Shown here one piece after another: positions 48,872 through 56,786 of a DNA stretch of 64,000 nt. The DNA lies in IMG/VR virus record IMGVR_UViG_3300020424_000003, positions 1 through 64,000 of that record. One strand, 5' to 3'. The stretch is from a virus. The notes beneath the pieces were generated by a model that was not told where the DNA came from, made no database searches, and was given only the letters and a program-made list of their open reading frames with translations. Both the position numbers and the translations under genes were made by a program. The number at the start of each line of letters is the position of its first letter. Positions within the stretch are counted from its first letter, which is position 1.

Positions 48872-49357
48872 ATGGGAAAATTTAATAGTAAAATTATGGC
48901 AGAGTTTAATCCACCAAGGAAGTGGGTGCTAGGTAGAGATCTATCCTACACCACATCTGATTTGTCTGTTGAAGATATCAAGTCATTGCAGGCAGTTGGT
49001 GTTAAGGTTAAACGTGAAACTAACAAAACAGAAACTATCACGGTACCAAAAGGATTTGTTACAGATTTAGCATCAGTGCCAAGAGCTATGTGGGCCTTTA
49101 TTGCTCCATTTGATGTAGCCAGAGCGGCAATAGTACACGATTTGCTATACAAAACAATTAGACAGTATCGCTGGAAGATGAAAGATAAAGAAGATAAGGA
49201 ACTAGTCAAGAAAGCCAAGATAGCATCAGACAAAGTTTTCTTACTTGGTATGCACGATGCAGATCCTAAGATTCCAGGGTGGAAAAGTTATTCATCATGG
49301 AAGGCTGTTGACTTGTTTGGAAATGGTTCAATAGTTCCAAACAAAGACAACATCTAA
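48872..49357 (+). CDS. DUF1353-like protein
   Basis: ITVPKGFVTDLASVPR, AAIVHDLLY. Confidence 0.8.
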   Translation: MGKFNSKIMAEFNPPRKWVLGRDLSYTTSDLSVEDIKSLQAVGVKVKRETNKTETITVPKGFVTDLASVPRAMWAFIAPFDVARAAIVHDLLYKTIRQYRWKMKDKEDKELVKKAKIASDKVFLLGMHDADPKIPGWKSYSSWKAVDLFGNGSIVPNKDNI

Positions 49358-49358
49358 T

Positions 49359-49547
49359 TTACCAACGTAAAATAAAAAACTTATTCTTATCCCAATGTTC
49401 CTTGGTAAAGCAACCAAAGGCTTTGTGATTAGGTTGTAGTTCTCTTGCTATTTCTTTTCCCTTATCGCAGTCAGGCACTTGCCCAACTAACACTGGTTGT
49501 TCATAATTATATCCCAACCAAACAATTACCATAAATTTAGTCAACAT
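49359..49547 (-). CDS. Small hypothetical protein
   Basis: ORF overlapping its neighbour. Confidence 0.4.
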   Translation of the reverse strand: MLTKFMVIVWLGYNYEQPVLVGQVPDCDKGKEIARELQPNHKAFGCFTKEHWDKNKFFILRW

Positions 49548-49740
49548 TGGCTTGTATGTGTAAAGGTTTTGCTATTGGTTCAGGTGCTTCTACTTCTGAA
49601 TGTTGCTCATTGTCTTCAAATGATTCAGCTACCCAATCATGTATTTCAACAAAGATGTTGTATGCCAACCATCCAAATAAAACTAATTCTAAACTATATA
49701 ATTTCATTATAGTAAACTCCCAGGTAAAGGTTCCTTCCAT
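49537..49740 (-). CDS. Small membrane protein
   Basis: Single TM; start uncertain. Confidence 0.4.
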   Translation of the reverse strand: MEGTFTWEFTIMKLYSLELVLFGWLAYNIFVEIHDWVAESFEDNEQHSEVEAPEPIAKPLHIQANVD

Positions 49741-49907
49741 GTTCCATGTTTCTCATATTGTTTTTTGATGTTTCTCATGTTTGCTCCATGATGATTTTGC
49801 ATTTCAAAAAACTTCTTGAGCATTTTATTATTAGGATCTAACCTTAGAACTTCACAGGTTAGAACTTCTTGAATATGCCAGTCCATTGCTTGTTTAGTAC
49901 TTTGCAT
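49707..49907 (-). CDS. Hypothetical protein
   Basis: AAGGAG RBS before MQSTK. Confidence 0.5.
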   Translation of the reverse strand: MQSTKQAMDWHIQEVLTCEVLRLDPNNKMLKKFFEMQNHHGANMRNIKKQYEKHGTWKEPLPGSLL

Positions 49908-49920
49908 ACCAACTCCTTTC

Positions 49921-49953
49921 AAAAAAAATGGAGCCTTCCCTAAGGTTGGCTCC
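49921..49953 (-). terminator. Intrinsic terminator downstream of pqqA
   Basis: GGAGCC..GGCTCC hairpin followed by T8. Confidence 0.6.
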
Positions 49954-49996
49954 TAGTTAAAATTATAATATACTACAATATTATTATAATGTCAAC

Positions 49997-50074
49997 CTAT
50001 TTTTCTGCACAGGCATATGAATTAATTTCTAATCCAACTGATACCTCTACGATTTGTGGTTTAGTCCATTGCAT
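49997..50074 (-). CDS. pqqA: PQQ precursor peptide PqqA (25 aa; not in ORF track)
   Basis: MQWTKPQIVEVSVGLEINSYACAEK: W-x-K-P leader and G-x-E-x3-Y core; AGGAG RBS. Confidence 0.85.
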   Translation of the reverse strand: MQWTKPQIVEVSVGLEINSYACAEK

Positions 50075-50191
50075 CGTACGTCTCCTAAATAAAGGTTACG
50101 TGCCGGTTGTCTACTGACCGCGGTCCACAGTAGAATTAATTCTACTAATAATATATAGCATATCCGATATGAACGTGCAATGAACAAATGA

Positions 50192-50440
50192 TTATGGCTT
50201 TAGCCATTTCTTAGATAGTTCGTACCAATACTGTCCACCTTCACGTAGAAGTTCATTGTCAGTACGTAACCTTTCAAGCCTACGAACTATTACATCGTGT
50301 TGGTATTGTGATATAACTTTATTCTTATTTTGATGTTTTTCTAAACGTGCTATTATATCGTCAATGATGGGGCAAGTTATGTCAGGCACCTTAGGTGACT
50401 TACGTTTTAATTTTAGCCAGTGTTTTTTCTCTAGTGCCAT
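50192..50440 (-). CDS. Hypothetical protein
   Basis: PKVPDITCP.ID..LE.LR..N..LR..G.YWY. Confidence 0.55.
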   Translation of the reverse strand: MALEKKHWLKLKRKSPKVPDITCPIIDDIIARLEKHQNKNKVISQYQHDVIVRRLERLRTDNELLREGGQYWYELSKKWLKP

Positions 50441-50490
50441 ATAAATTATTTAAATGTAACGACACTAGAGTTCTAAAGGTGTTTAAAAGA

Positions 50491-51450
50491 TTACCAACCG
50501 TTTGGAACGATTACGTAATGAATTGCTAAAACTACTCCTACTGATGCTCCTAATCCTACGATCATCTTAAAGAAGTCTCTTCCTATCAAAGGAAAAACAG
50601 TTTTAAACTTTTCCTTACCTGTGATAGTTGCCATAGCAAGTTCTCTACCACAAAGTAATCCTACGAATACCCAAGTGGTTGACATTGGCACATCATTAAG
50701 TTCTTTAAAGAAGAATAAGATCAACCAATACACAAAGTCAATGATAGTCGCTGACCTAACATATCTTGTATTGTGTTTCTCCAATACAATCTTTTGTATC
50801 TTACCTCCGCCTTCTCTAAACATAAAGCCAAGTCCTGCTATGAATACAGTTGATATGATTATCATTAGTTCCCAGGGTATCTGTCTTGGTAGGAACACGG
50901 CAATATTTGCCATGTCATGACTTAACCAAGTAAACCAAAGGAAGCCTGTTGTAACCCATTGACCTATACGCCAATAAAGTTTATGTTCTTCCTTGACTGG
51001 TTTTGCTTCGTCAAGTATTTTGCTAACAACAATCCAAATACAATATGCCGCCACAGCCGCGACTGCATATCCCATCATAGATTTCATTAACATTTTCTCT
51101 AATACAAACGTACTAGCAAATGCACTTAACACTAGGAACGAAGTACTAACTGGTACTCCTATCCTTGTCAACACTAATAGTAGTGCTGGTGCCATTGCAT
51201 GATACCATTGTATCTCTTGAAAAGGTATCCTGTTCAATCGACCATAACTGATGTCTCCACCATTTGTGGTCCACCCATACCATAGGGTGTATAGCAGAAC
51301 TGCCGAAGCGGCTCCCCACATGATCTTCCAGTTTACTTTTTCGTTATTTGATGCGATCCAAGTACCAAGAGTCTGTACTGAATCGTTTGCTATAACGGCA
51401 TAGCCGGCAAATAAAAAGCCAACTGCCATCCATAGAGTGACTGCATCCAT
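50491..51450 (-). CDS. PiT/PHO4-like inorganic phosphate transporter (divergent)
   Basis: Multi-TM with internal duplication: IANDSVQTLG / SHDMANIA and PVSTS / PMSTT signatures. Confidence 0.6.
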   Translation of the reverse strand: MDAVTLWMAVGFLFAGYAVIANDSVQTLGTWIASNNEKVNWKIMWGAASAVLLYTLWYGWTTNGGDISYGRLNRIPFQEIQWYHAMAPALLLVLTRIGVPVSTSFLVLSAFASTFVLEKMLMKSMMGYAVAAVAAYCIWIVVSKILDEAKPVKEEHKLYWRIGQWVTTGFLWFTWLSHDMANIAVFLPRQIPWELMIIISTVFIAGLGFMFREGGGKIQKIVLEKHNTRYVRSATIIDFVYWLILFFFKELNDVPMSTTWVFVGLLCGRELAMATITGKEKFKTVFPLIGRDFFKMIVGLGASVGVVLAIHYVIVPNGW

Positions 51451-51577
51451 TTTTTATCTCCTTTCAGTGTCCGCTTTTACCACGTAACACCAGTAAAGTG
51501 AGAGCAGGCTCGATAGCCTTGCCTGCCCGGTATTATAATTAATACACTCTTATTTACAAAATGTCAAGACAAGTTTT

Positions 51578-51595
51578 GTTACAGTTTGATTACAA
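51578..51595 (-). promoter_or_regulatory. Pho-box-like 11-bp tandem repeat next to a TTGACA -35 box
   Basis: TTGTAAT-CAAA-CTGTAAC versus consensus CTGTCAT-N4-CTGTCAT. Confidence 0.5.
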
Positions 51596-51853
51596 AGCAT
51601 TTATAACAAAACAGCAAGACACCCATGCAAAAAAAATACGTCATTTAAGAGGAGAGTTTTGTGCGTATTTTATAAATACGAATGTCGACGCAAAGACTTC
51701 TCAAGTTTTTCCGATGACACACATACACACTGGGATTGACCAGGGAGTTGAGAGCACTCCTTAAATAGCAAATGACGGTAGCAAAGACTACTGACGCCTA
51801 GAAAAGACTAGGGGTATTGCTTTCCTTAAGCATCCAAAACATAGGAGAAAATA

Positions 51854-52054
51854 ATGACACACTTTTGGAGTGGTCTTGTGTCTTGGATGAATCGCGGGTC
51901 AGGTGCTTACACAGACCGACGCCGTGCTGAGTTTGAGATATGGGCCAAAACTGAATACAAAGATGATTGGCAGTATGCGTATAATCATATGCTGAATCAC
52001 AATGGTACACCGCCAAAAACACAGTATAATCCACTGAAGAAGGAGGCGGCCTAA
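51854..52054 (+). CDS. Small hypothetical protein
   Basis: AGGAG RBS; WAKTEYKDDWQYAY. Confidence 0.6.
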   Translation: MTHFWSGLVSWMNRGSGAYTDRRRAEFEIWAKTEYKDDWQYAYNHMLNHNGTPPKTQYNPLKKEAA

Positions 52055-52243
52055 ATGCAACTTCTTAAAAAGATTTTATCAAAACTTAATACATTCATGT
52101 TTAACGATCAACGTAGATGGGAAGAAGATTATCTGTCTCAGTCTGTCGATCATGTTGATCTCGAGCGCCGTATTAAACAACTCGACCGCGGCACGGTCGA
52201 GGTTGGGCCTTTTGGTTCAAGAGTCAAAGCGAGTAGATATTAG
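52055..52243 (+). CDS. DUF3563-like small protein
   Basis: EEDYLSQSVDHVDLERRIKQLDR. Confidence 0.6.
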   Translation: MQLLKKILSKLNTFMFNDQRRWEEDYLSQSVDHVDLERRIKQLDRGTVEVGPFGSRVKASRY

Positions 52244-52258
52244 GAAAGGATCAGAACA

Positions 52259-52519
52259 ATGCTTATTATTAAACGTTTATTAAACTGGTGTGAGATTGTG
52301 GGCTATGCGAAAGCATCAGCAGAACTATCACGTCAGGGCTTTCATGCTGAAGCAAAGGCTTTGATGCTGGAGAAGACAAAACTTCAAGGCAGAAAAGAAA
52401 GAGCTCTAGTAAGATTAGAAGCCAAAAAAAAATTTAAAGCAGGGTATGATCCTGCCAATCACTACATGAGAGGCAAGTCCGTTGCAACCTGGAGTGGCAA
52501 GAAAGGTATGGTAGCTTAA
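52259..52519 (+). CDS. Small hypothetical protein
   Basis: GYAKASAELSRQGFH.EAKALM; contains an A9 run. Confidence 0.6.
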   Translation: MLIIKRLLNWCEIVGYAKASAELSRQGFHAEAKALMLEKTKLQGRKERALVRLEAKKKFKAGYDPANHYMRGKSVATWSGKKGMVA

Positions 52520-52520
52520 G

Positions 52521-52574
52521 ATGTGGCCATATACTAACGAAGAAAACGATTATCTATCAGGTAGGAAAAAATAA
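52521..52574 (+). CDS. 17-aa peptide MWPYTNEENDYLSGRKK
   Basis: Fills the gap between the previous stop and the terminator. Confidence 0.4.
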   Translation: MWPYTNEENDYLSGRKK

Positions 52575-52581
52575 TTGAAAC

Positions 52582-52612
52582 TAGGGCGATGGAAACACCG
52601 CCCTATTTTTTT
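52582..52612 (+). terminator. Intrinsic terminator
   Basis: TAGGGCG..CGCCCTA followed by T7. Confidence 0.8.
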
Positions 52613-52619
52613 GGTTAAT

Positions 52620-52730
52620 TTATTTTGCTTCAATTGGTGCAGGTTGCCCTGTGTACCACCAATAGCCGGCCGCAATAATAATGACTGCTATTGCGATCCA
52701 TAGTTTTTTGTTTTTAAAAAACTTCTTCAT
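52620..52730 (-). CDS. 36-aa single-TM peptide
   Basis: MKKFFKNKKLWIAIAVIIIAAGYWWY..; AAGGAG RBS. Confidence 0.55.
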   Translation of the reverse strand: MKKFFKNKKLWIAIAVIIIAAGYWWYTGQPAPIEAK

Positions 52731-52924
52731 AGGAAATCTCCTTCTGTCAATCCAACTCGTGTAGTTGGTGTAATATTTAAATACCTAATCTGTCCAATTA
52801 TATTAGCATATATGGTTGTAGGCACCGTTTTTGGCTATGTAAATCATTGATTTTACTAAATAAAAGTGCTATTATATAAAATAGCGTCATAAACACACAC
52901 AACAGACACACAAAGGAGTAAATT

Positions 52925-53203
52925 ATGACAAACACAAAAGACGGGGCTTTCAAGGCCCAATTCAATAAGAACGGTTACGAAATTAGAACAGACGTATTAG
53001 AAATGGCTAAAGGATTCACAGAGTTTGAATTTTCAAACAAGTGGATGGGTTGGGAACAAACAACTAAACGTGATAAAGAAACAGGACAACTGATCTTGGA
53101 CGTTAAGATGCCAACTGTACCAGGAATAGACGAAGTTCTAAAGAACGCAGAAAGGTTCTACGAGTTCGTAAACGGAACTTCCAAACAAGAAACAAAAGAA
53201 TAA
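52925..53203 (+). CDS. Jumbo-phage hypothetical protein
   Basis: NKNGYEIRTDVLEMAK..AERFYEFV; CA-rich leader and AAGGAG. Confidence 0.65.
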   Translation: MTNTKDGAFKAQFNKNGYEIRTDVLEMAKGFTEFEFSNKWMGWEQTTKRDKETGQLILDVKMPTVPGIDEVLKNAERFYEFVNGTSKQETKE

Positions 53204-53501
53204 TATGAAATAACACAATGACTAAAACAATGAGTGCATAGCACCCAGTATAACGCAATATACATAGAGAGCGGGAGCCCGGGTATTTTACATAGTGTAC
53301 GTGACATCATTATGTTTAGCCCGGGCTTTAAAGTCTAATAAGTATCTACAATGAAAGACCTTAGAGAAATTAATTCCAATCTAAACAACAATTATCCAAA
53401 ATTGTTAGAAGCAGTCAGTTCCAATATACCAGAAAAGAAAAAGATAGCAATAGTTTATAAGTTTATAGAATCATTAGAAGATCTAGCAGAGGCACTAGAC
53501 A

Positions 53502-54302
53502 ATGACAAGTAAACTTACACAAAAACAACAAGACGAATTGTTTGCAACCTTGCAATCAGCAACAAAGAAAACACAAGACATCAGAGCTGAAAAAACAAAA
53601 TTAAACAATCCTGCAATAAACCTTTCAAACGATGAACTGTTTAACGATCATGTCAAGTGGCTTGATTGGAAACCGTTACAAAATCATGGCCTATATGATT
53701 CTAGTATTACACTTAACAAAGAAGACATGGACTGGCCAATGCAAATCAAAGCATACCTTAACCTATTGAAAGATGTGGATATAGAAAACAAAACCATTGC
53801 TGATGTAGGTTGTGGGTGGGGTCGTGGTGTTGATACAATAGCAAAATATCTAAATGCAGATATCACTGGCATAGACAACAACAGATATTATATACAATAT
53901 GCAAATGCTCATTATCCAAACAATAAGTTTATTTGTAAGGACAAGGTTGAAAATGATTATGACATAGTCATCAGCAACTGTTCTGCTCATTTGCTCATGG
54001 AAGGTGACTTCTTTTACAGAAGATATAGGACAGTGATACTTACTGACTTCTTTACTAGAACGTCAATTAATGAATTCAAAGACAGAGTACTAGCCAATGG
54101 CTTCTGTAAAATAGTTAACGAAGTTGACTTATCTGAACAAACAATTCAAGCAATGATGTATGACATAGACACAATAGACAAACGTTTCCCACATATTAGT
54201 CAACATTCAAGGAACATATTCAAAGACATTGCCATAAGTAGACTGCATCTATTTAGAATGGGTGCAAATAGGCAATATAAATACACTATACAATATGATT
54301 AA
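53502..54302 (+). CDS. Class I SAM-dependent methyltransferase
   Basis: IADVGCGWGRG, ITGID. Confidence 0.8.
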   Translation: MTSKLTQKQQDELFATLQSATKKTQDIRAEKTKLNNPAINLSNDELFNDHVKWLDWKPLQNHGLYDSSITLNKEDMDWPMQIKAYLNLLKDVDIENKTIADVGCGWGRGVDTIAKYLNADITGIDNNRYYIQYANAHYPNNKFICKDKVENDYDIVISNCSAHLLMEGDFFYRRYRTVILTDFFTRTSINEFKDRVLANGFCKIVNEVDLSEQTIQAMMYDIDTIDKRFPHISQHSRNIFKDIAISRLHLFRMGANRQYKYTIQYD

Positions 54303-54498
54303 ATGGATAAAGAACTTTATTAAGGATTGCGTCAAAATAGAAAAAGAAGTCCGAGACGCCGGATATATCTATCATTATGCTCCAGGATACAATGAAGTCA
54401 TAGTTCAAAAGGTGCAAAAAACAGCCAAACCCAAGGTAAATAAAAAATATGATAGACTTAAAGCCGTTCAAACAAAAGATACAGGAACTAAAGGATAA
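54295..54498 (+). CDS. Small hypothetical protein
   Basis: ORF bridging the methyltransferase and hemA. Confidence 0.4.
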   Translation: MIKWIKNFIKDCVKIEKEVRDAGYIYHYAPGYNEVIVQKVQKTAKPKVNKKYDRLKAVQTKDTGTKG

Positions 54499-55636
54499 CG
54501 GAAACTACCGTGTCTTCAATGATATTCTCCGCGAGAGGGGAGACTATCCCAATGCAATTTGGTATGGCAAATATGCTATAAAAAATATCGTCAACTGGTG
54601 TTCAAATGATTATCTCGGAATGGGACAGCACAAGGTGGTACTCGATGCCATGCACACCGCTCTTGATCAAACCGGAGCAGGTTCGGGTGGAACTAGAAAT
54701 ATTGCCGGAACAAGTCACTATCATGTAGCACTAGAGCATGAGTTGGCTAAACTGCATAGCAAACAGTCAGCTCTGCTCTTTACATCAGCCTATGTGGCAA
54801 ACGAATGGACACTAATTGCTCTCAAACGTATCATTCCCGACATTGTTTTTGTAAGTGATTCAAAGAATCATGCTTCACTAATTCAAGGAATTAGAAACAG
54901 TGGTGCTGAAAAGAAAATCTTTAAGCACAATGATCTAGAACAGTTAGAACAACTACTGCGAGACGTCAAAGGCACTCCTTGCATAGTCTTTGAGTCCGTG
55001 TATAGCATGGATGGATACGTCAGTAAGATTCCTGAGATTGTTGCATTGGCAAAAAAATACAACGCCATAACTTATATCGATGAGGTCCACGCCGTTGGCC
55101 TGTATGGTGAAACAGGTGCAGGATATTCTGCAAAGCTGAGATCACAGGACCAAATCGATATTGTTAACGGTACACTTGGTAAAGCCTTTGGAGTTCAGGG
55201 TGGATACATAGCAGGGAAGTCAGATGTAATTGACGCAATTCGTTCTGTGTCCTCAGGCTTTATCTTTACAACTTCAATGAGTCCTGTGATTTGTGCAGGT
55301 GCTCTAGCCAGTGTAAAGTATCTAAGAGATCACAACGAGCTTAGAGTAAAACATCAAGAAAGAGCAAAAAGGCTTAAGACATTATTAAGAAATAGAGATA
55401 TTCCTATCTTTGAAAATGAAACACATATTGTTCCAGTCAGGATAGGAGATGCTAAAAAGTGTAAGGCGATCAGTGATGAACTGATCAATGAGTATGGAAT
55501 TTATTGTCAAGCTATAAATTACCCAACTGTAGACGTAGGAACAGAGCGACTGCGTTTTGCACCAACACCATTTCATTCAAACGCAATGATGCATAGTTTG
55601 TGTGACGCTCTTGAGAAAGTAATAAAATATGTTTGA
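54449..55636 (+). CDS. hemA: 5-aminolevulinate synthase (Shemin/C4 pathway)
   Basis: WCSNDYLGMG, GAGSGGTRNIAG, DEVHAVGLYG, GTLGKAFG (PLP Lys), FIFTTS, ERLR. Confidence 0.93.
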   Translation: MIDLKPFKQKIQELKDNGNYRVFNDILRERGDYPNAIWYGKYAIKNIVNWCSNDYLGMGQHKVVLDAMHTALDQTGAGSGGTRNIAGTSHYHVALEHELAKLHSKQSALLFTSAYVANEWTLIALKRIIPDIVFVSDSKNHASLIQGIRNSGAEKKIFKHNDLEQLEQLLRDVKGTPCIVFESVYSMDGYVSKIPEIVALAKKYNAITYIDEVHAVGLYGETGAGYSAKLRSQDQIDIVNGTLGKAFGVQGGYIAGKSDVIDAIRSVSSGFIFTTSMSPVICAGALASVKYLRDHNELRVKHQERAKRLKTLLRNRDIPIFENETHIVPVRIGDAKKCKAISDELINEYGIYCQAINYPTVDVGTERLRFAPTPFHSNAMMHSLCDALEKVIKYV

Positions 55637-56048
55637 TATAAAACGTAACTTATACAGAGGCTTAGGCTTTCTGTGTGTGGGTATCGCCTATATAGGATTC
55701 ATTACTCCGGGCATACCTTTTTCAATATTTTTAGTGATAGCCGCTTGGGCCTTTGCTAAAAGTTCACCTAAGATGGAGAAGTGGTTGTACAATCACCCAT
55801 GGTTTGGACCTTTCCTAACCAACTGGGTAAAGAAAAGAGTATTTCCACAAAAGGGCAAATATGCAATGATACTTGTGATGTCCTCAACATTAATCATCAC
55901 TTGGTTTGCAACTGAAAACATCAAAGCAATACTATGGAGCGGAGGTTTCATGGCACTTGTGGCAATATGGGCTTGGAGATACCCAAGCACGGTGGCAGAA
56001 CATGACAAAAGAATCAAACTCGGCCAAAAGATAGGCTGGATCAAATAA
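55629..56048 (+). CDS. ybaN: YbaN/DUF454 membrane protein
   Basis: IG...PG.P...F...AAWAFAKSSP....WL.NHPWFGP. Confidence 0.85.
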   Translation: MFDIKRNLYRGLGFLCVGIAYIGFITPGIPFSIFLVIAAWAFAKSSPKMEKWLYNHPWFGPFLTNWVKKRVFPQKGKYAMILVMSSTLIITWFATENIKAILWSGGFMALVAIWAWRYPSTVAEHDKRIKLGQKIGWIK

Positions 56049-56088
56049 TACAAGGCGTCTCTAAGGCGCCTTAAACCTACATTTCTGG

Positions 56089-56174
56089 TACAAAAAATTG
56101 ACGGTGTTAAAAATTTGACGGTGCCAACCTTACAAATTATTTTTCACTGAAAACCAGTACAAAAATTTGACGGT
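56089..56174 (+). repeat. Three direct repeats AAAAWTTGACGGT
   Basis: TTGACGGT copies at about 56098, 56116 and 56167. Confidence 0.75.
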
Positions 56175-56213
56175 TGATAAATATATGTACAGGGCACAAC
56201 TTTACCAGGAGTA

Positions 56214-56786
56214 ATGAATTATATGAAATCTTTGAACAAGTGGCTACTTATTTTAGCAACAGCTTCTTGCGTGGCGCTTTTTAGCACAAATGCAAATGCT
56301 GAAACCAACACAGTGACAAGCACAGTCACGGGGACAACTACGGTTGACAAAACCCCTCCTACTGCATCAGCACCAAACGTCATGATCAACAATCAAGATG
56401 TTTGTTCAACTGGTACTAGTGCCGCAGTACAAACTCAGGTGTTTGGTATTGCAGGTGGAACCACTATCAGAGATAGAAACTGTGAAAGACTTAAATTATC
56501 CAGAGCATTATATGGAATGGGTATGAAGGTCGCGGCAGTTTCCCTACTTTGCCAAGATCCAAGAGTATTTGAAGCCATGGAGATGGCAGGAACACCTTGT
56601 CCTTACAAAGGCAAGATTGGTATTGAAGCCGCGAAAGCATGGGCTGACAATCCAGAAAAACGTCCTGACTACGATAAATGGTTGAAAGAAAATGATCTTG
56701 AAGATACTGAAAAAGAATGGAAGAATAAAGCAACTACTTGGGGCTTCGGTCTTGGTAGCCTTGGTTTGCTTTTATTCCTCTTATAG
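56214..56786 (+). CDS. Exported Cys-containing phage protein with C-terminal TM
   Basis: Signal peptide; PPTASAP, NCERLKLSR.L..MGMKVAAV.LLCQD.RV, GTPCP. Confidence 0.7.
   Translation: MNYMKSLNKWLLILATASCVALFSTNANAETNTVTSTVTGTTTVDKTPPTASAPNVMINNQDVCSTGTSAAVQTQVFGIAGGTTIRDRNCERLKLSRALYGMGMKVAAVSLLCQDPRVFEAMEMAGTPCPYKGKIGIEAAKAWADNPEKRPDYDKWLKENDLEDTEKEWKNKATTWGFGLGSLGLLLFLL

Noticed and set aside
49997-50074. PqqA-like peptide as precursor of a new halogenase/oxygenase-modified RiPP
   Set aside because: No tailoring enzyme is adjacent and the sequence fits canonical PqqA; the link is unsupported
56089-56174. Mini CRISPR array
   Set aside because: Repeats are only about 13-17 bp with irregular spacing, and there are no cas genes
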